DNA from: a virus
IMG/VR virus record: IMGVR_UViG_3300045988_173593
Span: 446 to 64,445 of that record
Length of the DNA stretch: 64,000 nt
Direction: 5' to 3' (one strand)
A program made the position numbers and the translations under genes. Below are positions 55,561 through 64,000 of the stretch, piece after piece. The notes under the pieces were generated by a model. It saw nothing but the letters and a program-made list of their open reading frames with translations, was not told the origin of the DNA and searched no databases. How positions within the stretch are numbered: the stretch's first letter is position 1; the number at the start of each line of letters is the position of its first letter.

Positions 55561-56820
55561 TTATCTCGCAATCGGACTGTATTTCTGCCTTGAGTCATAT
55601 CCGGTGCCGTTCCATATCAATTCGCATTCCAGGTGCGGCATGTTGCGCTCCTTGTTCGAAACCAGCGCCGTCCGGTTCGTCTTTCGGTCGCGGGTCATGA
55701 AGAACACCGCGTGCGCCAGTTCCCCGATATACCCGGTGCCTTTCAGGTGTTCCAGATCGGGTTCAACTTTCACGCCTTCCTTGCGGTTCAGCTGCGCAAG
55801 CACAATTCCCGCCGCGTGGAGCTCCGCAAACATCGCGTGAAGTTCATCGGTGCAGTAGTTGAGCTGACTTAAACGATCCTGCCGCGCCATATACGCCGGG
55901 GCTTTCAGATTCTGGAAAAAGTCGATGATGATCAGATCCAGCCTGCCGTATTCTGCGATAATCCGTTTCGCCTCGCCGCGTATCTTCTCCGGCGTGTTGA
56001 TTCGCGTCTCATTCCCGCGGATGAACAGCGTGTCGGAATACTCCTTGCTGATTCTTGCGCTTTCCCTTGCAAAGTCATGTAGACGGCGGTCTCCGTAATC
56101 GTTGACGATGTAATGCGGAATTCCGGAAAAAACCGCCGTGATGCGTTCCATGATATCAATGCTGCTCGATTCCGTGCAGAGATACAGCACACGGTTGCCG
56201 AGCAGGAGATTCGTTTTCGTGATGGAAGCCGCAAGAGCCGTCTTCCCCTGTCCTGACCGGCAGCCGATCACATACATGTCGCCGCGCTGATGTTTGATCG
56301 CAATCCCCGCCTCGGTATGCTCATCAAACCACGGAACGCAATTGTTCACGCTGTGCTGAATCTGATCAATCATCTCCGCGGCAAGCTCGCGGGTGGTCTT
56401 CGTGTTCGCGCCAGCCATGATTTCCTGCGCTTCGGATTCGGCTTTCAGCCAGAGATCAAGCGCTTTTGCCGCATCGGGTTCCGCCTTGACGGTCTCCGCC
56501 GCCCGAACAAGTGCCGCTTTCGCCGCGTCCGCCTTGAAAAGACGAATCCAGCTTTCAATTCCGGCGGTCGAAGCCGCCGCGCTCTGAATCTCCATCAACA
56601 CCGCGCCGGGATCGGTAACACTTGAACCGAGTTCACCCGCAAGGTCTGTCAGTTCCACGGTGCCGGAAACGCGGTATTGCTTCTCCGCCGCTTCAAACAG
56701 CCGCCGGTGAACAGGCGCTTCAAACAGCTCCGCCCGGACTCCCTGATTGCGGAGCATGTCGATGTAATCGGGCTCGATCATGACAGCCGCAAGCAATTTC
56801 TGTTCATTTTCAAAACTCAT
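55561..56820 (-). CDS. DnaB-like replicative helicase
   Basis: Walker A GCRSGQGKTALA; Walker B LDLIIIDFF; DnaB N-terminal-like domain. Confidence 0.8.
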   Translation of the reverse strand: MSFENEQKLLAAVMIEPDYIDMLRNQGVRAELFEAPVHRRLFEAAEKQYRVSGTVELTDLAGELGSSVTDPGAVLMEIQSAAASTAGIESWIRLFKADAAKAALVRAAETVKAEPDAAKALDLWLKAESEAQEIMAGANTKTTRELAAEMIDQIQHSVNNCVPWFDEHTEAGIAIKHQRGDMYVIGCRSGQGKTALAASITKTNLLLGNRVLYLCTESSSIDIMERITAVFSGIPHYIVNDYGDRRLHDFARESARISKEYSDTLFIRGNETRINTPEKIRGEAKRIIAEYGRLDLIIIDFFQNLKAPAYMARQDRLSQLNYCTDELHAMFAELHAAGIVLAQLNRKEGVKVEPDLEHLKGTGYIGELAHAVFFMTRDRKTNRTALVSNKERNMPHLECELIWNGTGYDSRQKYSPIAR

Positions 56821-57620
56821 CTTTTCGCATCCAATCTCCGGAACACATCCGGTGTTTCATTGTCGTTTTCATCGTCGGAAAGATTCCATAGCGCCGGGTT
56901 ATCGTCGTAATGCCCAGCCTCAAAAAACTTCTCCATCGACCACGTGTAACGCTTCTTTGAGTCCGGAACATCCCGGTAGAACACGGCATAGTTTTTCACA
57001 ACCTCAAGCAGACGTGTTTCAGCCTCCTTCAGACTTTCGCTCCCGTCAATGAGCCGTTTCAGGACTTTCAGCGCGGAACGTTTTCCGGCTTCCATTGCAA
57101 ACCGTTTTGGGTATGCGGCAGCCAGTTTTTCCACAGCCTGAACAATCCTGATGTCTTCCGCCGGGGTCTTATCTGGAACAACTGAAGATTTTTCCGCTTC
57201 TGCTTCTTCGTCACGAAGTGACACTTTTTTTAGAGACGTAGTCTCTTTTTTTATTTCCCTTTCCCTACGCGCGTGGGAGCATGAATCAGTACCGTTTTCA
57301 GTACTGAAATCTGACTGATTAAGATTCTTATTCAGTACTGATTCAGTACCGTTTTCAGTACTGAAATCTTTCTTGTTCAGCGCCTTGTTATGATAGTAAT
57401 TTTCATTGTTCTTTTGTCTCCTGATGTTCATGTCAACAGACGGCTTGATAAGCTCAAATATGACCTTGCCGTGCCCTTTCAGAACCGGTTCCGTTCCATA
57501 CAGAAAATACTCCATGTAGGCACTGTAGAAGCGTCCTTTTTCGGCATCCGACAATCGCGATTCCTTTACGGCTTTCACAACGGATTCAAACACTGTTACA
57601 GTCTTGTATTTATTGCTCAT
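56817..57620 (-). CDS. replication initiation / helicase-loading protein candidate, with internal iteron-like repeats
   Basis: Position upstream of and translationally coupled to the DnaB-like gene. Contains 26-bp direct repeats with the palindrome TTCAGTACTGAA at 57286-57369. Confidence 0.45.
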   Translation of the reverse strand: MSNKYKTVTVFESVVKAVKESRLSDAEKGRFYSAYMEYFLYGTEPVLKGHGKVIFELIKPSVDMNIRRQKNNENYYHNKALNKKDFSTENGTESVLNKNLNQSDFSTENGTDSCSHARREREIKKETTSLKKVSLRDEEAEAEKSSVVPDKTPAEDIRIVQAVEKLAAAYPKRFAMEAGKRSALKVLKRLIDGSESLKEAETRLLEVVKNYAVFYRDVPDSKKRYTWSMEKFFEAGHYDDNPALWNLSDDENDNETPDVFRRLDAKR

Positions 57621-57937
57621 TGTTCTTTCTCCAGAATGTATTCCGCTTTCGGAATCATTGCTTCAATCTCGGTGCCAAGCTTCGCAATTTGCGAACCGTA
57701 GTTCACCGGATTCCTGATATGTGCGTTAAGGATTGCGCGTACCTGATACGGCGTGAAACGCCTGATCGGCTTGTGAATGGAGAACGGTAACAGTTTTACT
57801 TGATTTTCTTCCGAATCGCATTTTTCTGTTACCAGTTCCCCTGACAGGAACCGCTCAAGCGCCGCATACAGCGTATGGATGCCGCCGCGGTCGCGCAAAT
57901 ACCTGATCTGCTTTTCCGTCAAACGGATCGAAGCCAT
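57617..57937 (-). CDS. hypothetical protein
   Basis: 106 aa. Confidence 0.4.
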   Translation of the reverse strand: MASIRLTEKQIRYLRDRGGIHTLYAALERFLSGELVTEKCDSEENQVKLLPFSIHKPIRRFTPYQVRAILNAHIRNPVNYGSQIAKLGTEIEAMIPKAEYILEKEQ

Positions 57938-57938
57938 G

Positions 57939-59030
57939 TCACACCGCCATAAGCTGCTTTTTCGGCGGCTTGAAGGTGATAAGCTCGGAGAGCTCGGCGT
58001 TGAACTTCTCCTTGCCCTCCTTTTCGGTCTTGAACACGCCGGATTCCTTCAGCTCTTTTGCATACGCTTTTTCAAGTTTGGAAACAGACGCCGTGCAACA
58101 GTTCAGGAATGTTGCCGCATCCATACCGCTTTTGTCAAATGCCGCCTGAATGTCCTTGATTTCGCGCCCGCCGGAAGACTCTTTCAGGCGATACGGCCCG
58201 CATGAACCGGACTCTTCGCAAATCGCCTTGATCCGGTTGTCCACACGTTCACCGAGTTTTGCGACAAGATCGCATTTCCGTTTCAACTCCACCAGCGTTT
58301 CCGCCGGGAGCTCAGCCAGCGACGGCATCGGAACCAGCGTTTCCGCTTTGACGGCGACCATTTCGGCGGTTTTAGCCAACGCAGGGCAAGTTCCATGCGC
58401 CGCCGCCTTGCAATAGCGGCATTGCGTTTCGCCTGGCACCAGCGGCGCATTTTCTTTCATACATGCCGCCATAACCCGCGCCGCATACGCCGCAATTTTT
58501 GCCTTGTCGTTGAATGTGCAACTGGAATACTGACGAATGACCGGATTGATGAAATGCACATCGGCAACGTCTTTCTTGAACTCCTGCATTGCCGCAAGAG
58601 CGTACAGCGCGCCTTGCGGGTTGTCGTTTGCGGCGTTGACCGCCCGATGTCCGAACTTGAAATCAACGATGATTACTTTTTCCGGCGTGATAATGACAAC
58701 GTCGGCAGTGCCGCGGTATTTCTCGATTCCGCAATAGGAATAGGAAAGCCGGTATTCCGTCCTGACATCGTCGCCGTTTCCTGAAACGATCTCTGCCACC
58801 TTTTCCATCGCATCTCTGATATCGTCGTCGTTGATTTCAAGTTTGCCCTCGCCGTGGTAAAATGCGTCAATTGCCTTCGCGATCTCCTCATGTTTCCTCG
58901 TCCCCTCCTGTGAGTCCGGCGACTCGACGGACGGCAAATCCATTTCCATACGGTAGGAGCCAGGGCAGAGCTCCCGCCGCTCGAAGCTCGACGGCCCGAA
59001 CGGACGGTGTTTCATTTCTTCTTCCTGCAT
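57939..59030 (-). CDS. PD-(D/E)XK nuclease with Cas4/AddB-type Cys cluster (phage recombination exonuclease candidate)
   Basis: N-terminal Cys (ELCPGSY); IIVDFKFG; C-terminal CRYCKAAAHGTC. Confidence 0.6.
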   Translation of the reverse strand: MQEEEMKHRPFGPSSFERRELCPGSYRMEMDLPSVESPDSQEGTRKHEEIAKAIDAFYHGEGKLEINDDDIRDAMEKVAEIVSGNGDDVRTEYRLSYSYCGIEKYRGTADVVIITPEKVIIVDFKFGHRAVNAANDNPQGALYALAAMQEFKKDVADVHFINPVIRQYSSCTFNDKAKIAAYAARVMAACMKENAPLVPGETQCRYCKAAAHGTCPALAKTAEMVAVKAETLVPMPSLAELPAETLVELKRKCDLVAKLGERVDNRIKAICEESGSCGPYRLKESSGGREIKDIQAAFDKSGMDAATFLNCCTASVSKLEKAYAKELKESGVFKTEKEGKEKFNAELSELITFKPPKKQLMAV

Positions 59031-59360
59031 AATACAAATTCCTCAGTAATTTAATTCACATGACCCTTGCGCTACTATTTTTCCGTTGAACAGGATGTCA
59101 ATACATGTAGAATAATAGCCACTCTGAATTGAATAACATGGAATAAAGAACATTTTGTTTTCATTCCCGAAACGGAAACCGCTTTCTTCAACAAATTCAA
59201 AAGTCAAAGGCTTTTGAAACTCTGTATTACGTGCAATATCATCAAGTTGTGAAAAATCAGCGTAATTGTTTTCACAGCAATTTTGTTCATGGTAGCATGT
59301 GATTTCATCTCCTGTATCGAACAGGATGCTGTCTAAATCAACTTTTATGATTTTCATTTC

Positions 59361-60185
59361 TCACTCTCCCATTTCCATTTTCTCGACGATCTGATTGAGG
59401 TTCGGCGCAACCATGTCAAAGCTGAAAATCTCGCCCTTTGACTCGACGTAAGCCTTGACTTCTTCGGCGGTCGACGGAATCCCCTTTTCGTCGATGAGCG
59501 CCTGAAGCTTTTCAACGTCGGACGGCTCGGCTTTCGGTGTTTCCGTCTGAGATTCAGCTTTCACCGCCGCGCTGTTCTGTTCAAACCGTGACGGACGCGC
59601 CTCGGTGACAATCGGCTGAACGTCGATCACTTCCTCCTCCGTATGGATTCCCATTGTCAATTCGGGAGCATACAGACGCGCAAACAGAGTCGCGCACCGG
59701 TAACGGAGCATCAGTTCCGGCATCGTCTGCCACTTGGAACCGTTCTTGCTGAACCAGCCCTCTTTTTTCGCCATGCCGATTGTGACTTCGGGCGATTCCA
59801 GAGTTTCCCCGGAAGCGTCTTTCGCCCATGCAATGCAGCCGTAGGAGTCGTCGCCCTTCTTGCCGGTCATCTTATACCGTAGCGGCGAAAACTTCTTTGA
59901 CGCATTGACGCACGCCACAAGAAATTGCGAGCTCCACGCCGGTTTGCCGTGAACAATATAAAGGTTCTGCATAACCATCAGCGGACTTGCCCCGATCCGC
60001 TGTGACATTTCAAGCGCGATCATGCAGTTTTCTGTCCGTTTCTGGAATGTTTGCGGAATAAGGTCAGACTTCGAAAGAAGCGAAGCAACCTTGTATGCGC
60101 TCGTGTAAAACTCGAAAAAATTCGGTGTTGCGTTGTCGTTCTGTGTTGCGACCGCCGTTTCAGTTTTCAGTAATTCGTTTGCCAT
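59361..60185 (-). CDS. RecT-like single-strand annealing protein candidate
   Basis: LIPQTFQKRTENCMIALEMSQRIGASPLMVMQNLYIVHGKPAWSSQF resembles the RecT core pattern. Confidence 0.5.
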   Translation of the reverse strand: MANELLKTETAVATQNDNATPNFFEFYTSAYKVASLLSKSDLIPQTFQKRTENCMIALEMSQRIGASPLMVMQNLYIVHGKPAWSSQFLVACVNASKKFSPLRYKMTGKKGDDSYGCIAWAKDASGETLESPEVTIGMAKKEGWFSKNGSKWQTMPELMLRYRCATLFARLYAPELTMGIHTEEEVIDVQPIVTEARPSRFEQNSAAVKAESQTETPKAEPSDVEKLQALIDEKGIPSTAEEVKAYVESKGEIFSFDMVAPNLNQIVEKMEMGE

Positions 60186-61162
60186 TTGACTTTTTTCCTT
60201 TCTCCTGTATATTACAGGCAGTTTTTGTTTTTATGATGCCCGGAGCTTTTCCCCGTTCCGGGTTTCGTTTTCTATGACCTCTTTCAGCTTTCTTGCAAAT
60301 TCGCCGTTCAGCCTCAGATAACGGACTTTCCGACCGCGAACCAGGGCGGCGGATGTGATCTCGTCAACGACAAAATGATATTCGTTGACGTAAGTCTCCA
60401 CGATCCCGCCCCGGAACCCGACGCATACCGTATGCTCTCCGATCGGAACATCGGCGTAACAGTAATCAATCCGCCCGTTCAGCTTCATTTTTTATTTCCG
60501 TTCTTTTTGTCCATTTCAAAACCTGTGCGATTCTGTAATCTTTTTGATTCTGAAAAGCCGCCCCGCCGCCGCGATTGCCAGAATCGCCAGCGCCGGCGCC
60601 ATCAGAGGCAGGCACAGCCTGAGAAACTCATTCATCATCCGCCTCGCTTTCTTCGTCTTCTTCGTTTTCCGGTTCGCCGTTGATATTTCCGCTTTCTTCA
60701 TCGCCGTAGTCGTAATCGGGATTCTCCGTTCCGCATTCCGGGCAGACGGCATGACCGATGTAAAAGTGACGCCCGCACTCGTCGCATTGCGTTGTCTCGT
60801 CTTTCATGAAAAACCTCTCTTTTCTAAAGGCTGATTGTCAACCCGGCGTTGACCGCCGCCTCATAAGCCATGACCGTATCGCGGAAGCCGCCGAACCACT
60901 GAACCCCCTGCGACGGACCGCCGCGAAACAGAAAAAACTCGATCAGCTTCTTTTTCTTTTCGCGCAAGAGATTGAGCGCGCATTTCCGTCCGAGTTCATA
61001 CCGGTAGTCTTTGCCGGTTCTGATGATTTCCAGAAGTTCCTCGTCGCTCATTGACCGTTCCTCCTTTCCGGTTGATTTTTTTTAACGTGTGATGTATATT
61101 CTGACATACCAGCCGACAACGAAACCGGCTGTCACCCCTGAAACAAGAAGGAAGAATCTGTT

Positions 61163-61531
61163 ATGAGTGAAATCATAAAACTCTTCACCGCTGCCCTTGA
61201 GTTCATGAGTCCGTTTTGGACTGGCGTCGCGTTTGGTTTTCTGTTCGGATTTCTTGCTTTCCCCCGGATCAGCGGAAGCCCCGTTGCCAAGGAATGGCGC
61301 GATAAGCAGACCGCCAAGAAGAACCGGAAGAAGCGCCTTGCGCAGGTTCGGTTTCTTGCGGATCGCGGGCTTGAGTTCGACGCCGTTCAGACCATTTCCA
61401 GCCTTGAGACCGGAGAACGGTTTTGTCCGGAGTGTTTTGAAATGGACTGGACAATTCACAAACTCAAACCCATGCACGAGCGATATAAGCCCGCAATTTT
61501 CTGCTCCCGGTGCGGGAGCCGTTACATTTGA
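61163..61531 (+). CDS. TM plus zinc-finger protein
   Basis: CPECFE...CSRCGSRY. Confidence 0.4.
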   Translation: MSEIIKLFTAALEFMSPFWTGVAFGFLFGFLAFPRISGSPVAKEWRDKQTAKKNRKKRLAQVRFLADRGLEFDAVQTISSLETGERFCPECFEMDWTIHKLKPMHERYKPAIFCSRCGSRYI

Positions 61532-61830
61532 ACGATCGGACATTTTGTTCTTCATGCTGTTAACGTCCTTTTGTATTTGAAACTTTACGTTGATTCGATT
61601 ACAAGACGGATTGCAAGGGCTGATGATGCCGGAGCAATCCATCTGTGAGTTTTTTTGCGGGATTATTCCGTTACATCTTCAGCAGATTCATGCAGAGCGC
61701 GATAAGCGCAAGAATGAACGCTGTAATAGCGATGTGCTTCACGCTGATTCCGAGCGCGTTGTTTGCGCTGTATCTCAGCTGGCAGTATTCGCATTCGTGC
61801 TTCGGATTTTTGCACTGTTTCGGATTCATT

Positions 61831-62118
61831 TTACCGCCCTCCGAGCTGATAATCCAGTATCAGGATGCCTTTGATCTCCTGCTTGAGCTTGCCCTCTATC
61901 GGCAGGGTGTCGATGTAGCGGTAGATTGCCTCCCGGTCGGCGATGGCTTCCGCGGCGAGCGTGATAGCCCCGAACGGATTGCGTTTGATTCTCTGTTGCA
62001 CCGTTGCCGGGAAACCATACCAGATCGGACGTGTCGGGAATTGTTCCTGGTCGTGGCGTTGCGCCAGTGAGATTGCTTCTTCATTCAGTGGAAGCCGGTT
62101 TGTGTGTCTGCAATTCAT
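61831..62118 (-). CDS. hypothetical protein; its RBS and first ~28 codons are paralogous to two downstream repeat units
   Basis: RBS AAGGAGG; MNCRHTNRLPL vs MICRHTSRIPI in the repeats. Confidence 0.45.
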   Translation of the reverse strand: MNCRHTNRLPLNEEAISLAQRHDQEQFPTRPIWYGFPATVQQRIKRNPFGAITLAAEAIADREAIYRYIDTLPIEGKLKQEIKGILILDYQLGGR

Positions 62119-62159
62119 GCTCTCGCCTCCTTGTGATTAGCGAACATTTTTAATGTGTT

Positions 62160-63110
62160 TCTTTTCTGCCGGTTCAGAGCAAAAAAGAAGGCTTGCGGGG
62201 TTGAACCACGAGTCACAAGTCTCGCCTGTCCGAAGACAGCCCCGCAAGCCAAAATAAAACGCTTGCATGAAAAAATCGGGAGTGTGCCGTTTGACGGTAC
62301 GACTGCCGCTTGTGAATCGAGTGGTTCAGACCCAATGCCTTTACAATAGCCTGAGCTTTCACCGAAGTCAAGCGGCTTTCTGAAAAAAGTTGCGATTTTT
62401 TTCGTGTCCGCGCTCTGCGGCGCGGCGGCGTCCCGGATCGGTATCCGGCTCGTGTGTCGGCAAATCATGGTTACCTCCTTCTGCAAAGGTTATTGATTGC
62501 TTTTTTGAGCCGTTTTCACGCGGGCACAAAAAAGGACTTGAAGAGGTTGAAAACACGGCAGAAGACGTGCGCCGATCCTTACGGGTACAGCCCTCTCCAA
62601 GTCCAATAATAGACCTGAGGTATAAATGTTGGGATTTGTTGCCTTGACGGAAACAACGCCCGCTTCTGCTTTCAGAGTTTTCAAGCTCCTTGCCTTTACA
62701 ATAATCGGCAGGGCTTGCGATTTCAAGCGGGTTTTCGGAAAAGTTGCGATTTTTTTCGTGTCCGCGCTCTGCGGCGCGGCGGCGTCCCGGATCGGTATCC
62801 GGCTCGTGTGTCGGCAAATCATTGCTTGCACCTCTATTGCTAAGGATTTTCGTTATCCTCTTTCGCGCCGTTCCAAGGGCACAAAAAAGGGCTTGAGGGT
62901 TGGAACACGTGACTAACGACACGCCAGCCTTACGGCTGCCCTCAAGCCCAAAATCAAAACACAATGATTCGGTCTTGTAAAAATTACGGGAATCGTGCGC
63001 CGAGTTGACGGAACGACTGCCGCGTTAGTAAAGGGGTTCCAATCCCAATACTGGGAATATAACTCTAAAACCCCGTAATATCAAACGCAAACTTATATTT
63101 TTTTTGAAAA
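62160..63110. repeat. three tandem units of about 350 bp, each with a long hairpin (stems 62190-62250, 62534-62604, 62889-62949); units 1-2 share an identical ~85-bp block
   Basis: Seen in sequence: GGCTTGCGGGG/CCCCGCAAGCC; GGACTTGAAGAGG/CCTCTCCAAGTCC; GGGCTTGAGGG/CCCTCAAGCCC. Confidence 0.8.
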
Positions 63111-63165
63111 ATTTGACTTGTTATAAAATAATTATATATTGATATAGAAAAAGGGGAAACAAAAT

Positions 63166-63750
63166 ATGCAAATAAAATGTAGCAAGTGTGGTCAATTATA
63201 TAACGTTGACTTTTCCTTGGTTGGAAGAAAAGTTGAATGTGTTTGCGGTTTCAAGTGGTTTTTGCGTGAGCCTATGCCGCAAATAATGCCAGCTCGATCT
63301 CTTAACGAAGAACTTGAAGCAATATCTATGGAAGATATAGCGCGGTTCCCGGAAAAAACTGCTCAAAGAATATCAAATGCTATTTCAGCGCAATACATGA
63401 ATTACATTAAAAAGACAAATATTATACAAGAAGAGTCTTTTAATGACGCTTATGAAAGTTTGAAAAATAATTGTGCATACGGTAATCCGGTTCCTGGCGT
63501 CTTTAAAGAGTTTTTCAAGTTATGCCGTAAAAAGAATACTGAAGATAAAAAGGCAAAAAACTACCAGTCGGTTATAGACCGTATCAATTTTATGCTTGAA
63601 TTAGACAAAAAACAAATACGAATATTATATTTGACTTACTCACGAAATAACAGGCAATTCACTCTTTCTGTTGCCAGAGAGCATTATTCAAAAATAACGG
63701 TTACAGATAGAAAAAACCTTGAACTGTGTAAAGCAAAATTAAGCAAATAA
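63166..63750 (+). CDS. zinc-ribbon N-terminal domain protein
   Basis: CSKCGQLYNV...ECVCGFKWF; RBS AAAGGGGAAA. Confidence 0.5.
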   Translation: MQIKCSKCGQLYNVDFSLVGRKVECVCGFKWFLREPMPQIMPARSLNEELEAISMEDIARFPEKTAQRISNAISAQYMNYIKKTNIIQEESFNDAYESLKNNCAYGNPVPGVFKEFFKLCRKKNTEDKKAKNYQSVIDRINFMLELDKKQIRILYLTYSRNNRQFTLSVAREHYSKITVTDRKNLELCKAKLSK

Positions 63751-64000
63751 CGTTGTTTTGAAAATGTCAAGCGGCTTTCTGAAATATTTATTTTTTTTTT
63801 GATTTTGCATTTTTCCATTTGTCTGTTTCAAGCTTGAATTTCCAGTAAAGGGATATTACCTTATACCCGCAATACATGCCGGACATGAACAAAAATATGG
63901 AGATGAAATCATGGATGCATTCCTGGATGTCCTGCGGGGGCTTGTTTCCGATAAACTGTTTATTTTCATTGCCGGTTTTATTTTCGGTGTTCTTGCCTGC

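Noticed and set aside
62115-62964. ORFs 62115..62486, 62490..62831 and 62368..62964
   Set aside because: They lie inside the triplicated repeat and overlap each other. Only the first 28 codons are conserved between copies, after which the frames diverge. The hairpin stems show compensatory changes, which is incompatible with coding constraint

Overview
The window looks like a complete or nearly complete temperate siphovirus-type phage genome or prophage. Ribosome-binding sites resemble AGGAGG and some promoters match the sigma-70 consensus, which suggests a Firmicutes-like host. Left end (1-4.7 kb) is a lysogeny module: operator-like inverted repeats, a small Cro-position ORF, a CI/LexA-type S24 repressor with the GQSMEP motif, a tyrosine integrase, and a tRNA 3' fragment (att core) immediately after int. 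From about 61 kb down to about 5 kb almost everything is on the minus strand. Order from high to low coordinates: RecT plus Cas4-like nuclease, replication initiator with DnaB-like helicase, a SNF2 helicase fused to an amino-methyltransferase, two PP-loop (PAPS-reductase-like) ATPases with a ParB-like nuclease-domain protein, MazG, SSB, a sigma-region-4/zinc-ribbon regulator, then TerS, a Dam-like methyltransferase, TerL, portal, MuF-like protein, scaffold, capsid, head-tail joining proteins, major tail protein, a frameshifted tail chaperone pair, tape measure protein, baseplate and tail fibres (LRR, collagen-like and Tyr-rich), and holin-like genes. Plus-strand moron islands with their own consensus promoters interrupt this (20.7-23.3 kb, 29.5-31.4 kb, 41.3-44.7 kb). 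The most notable unexplained structure is a 14-18 bp motif, ATTGACAATCCGGG on the sense strand, repeated 11 times upstream of late operons. There is also a triplicated unit of about 350 bp with covarying long hairpins at 62.1-63.1 kb, a 4x22 bp palindromic tandem array, and an unusual DNA-modification and anti-restriction gene cluster.
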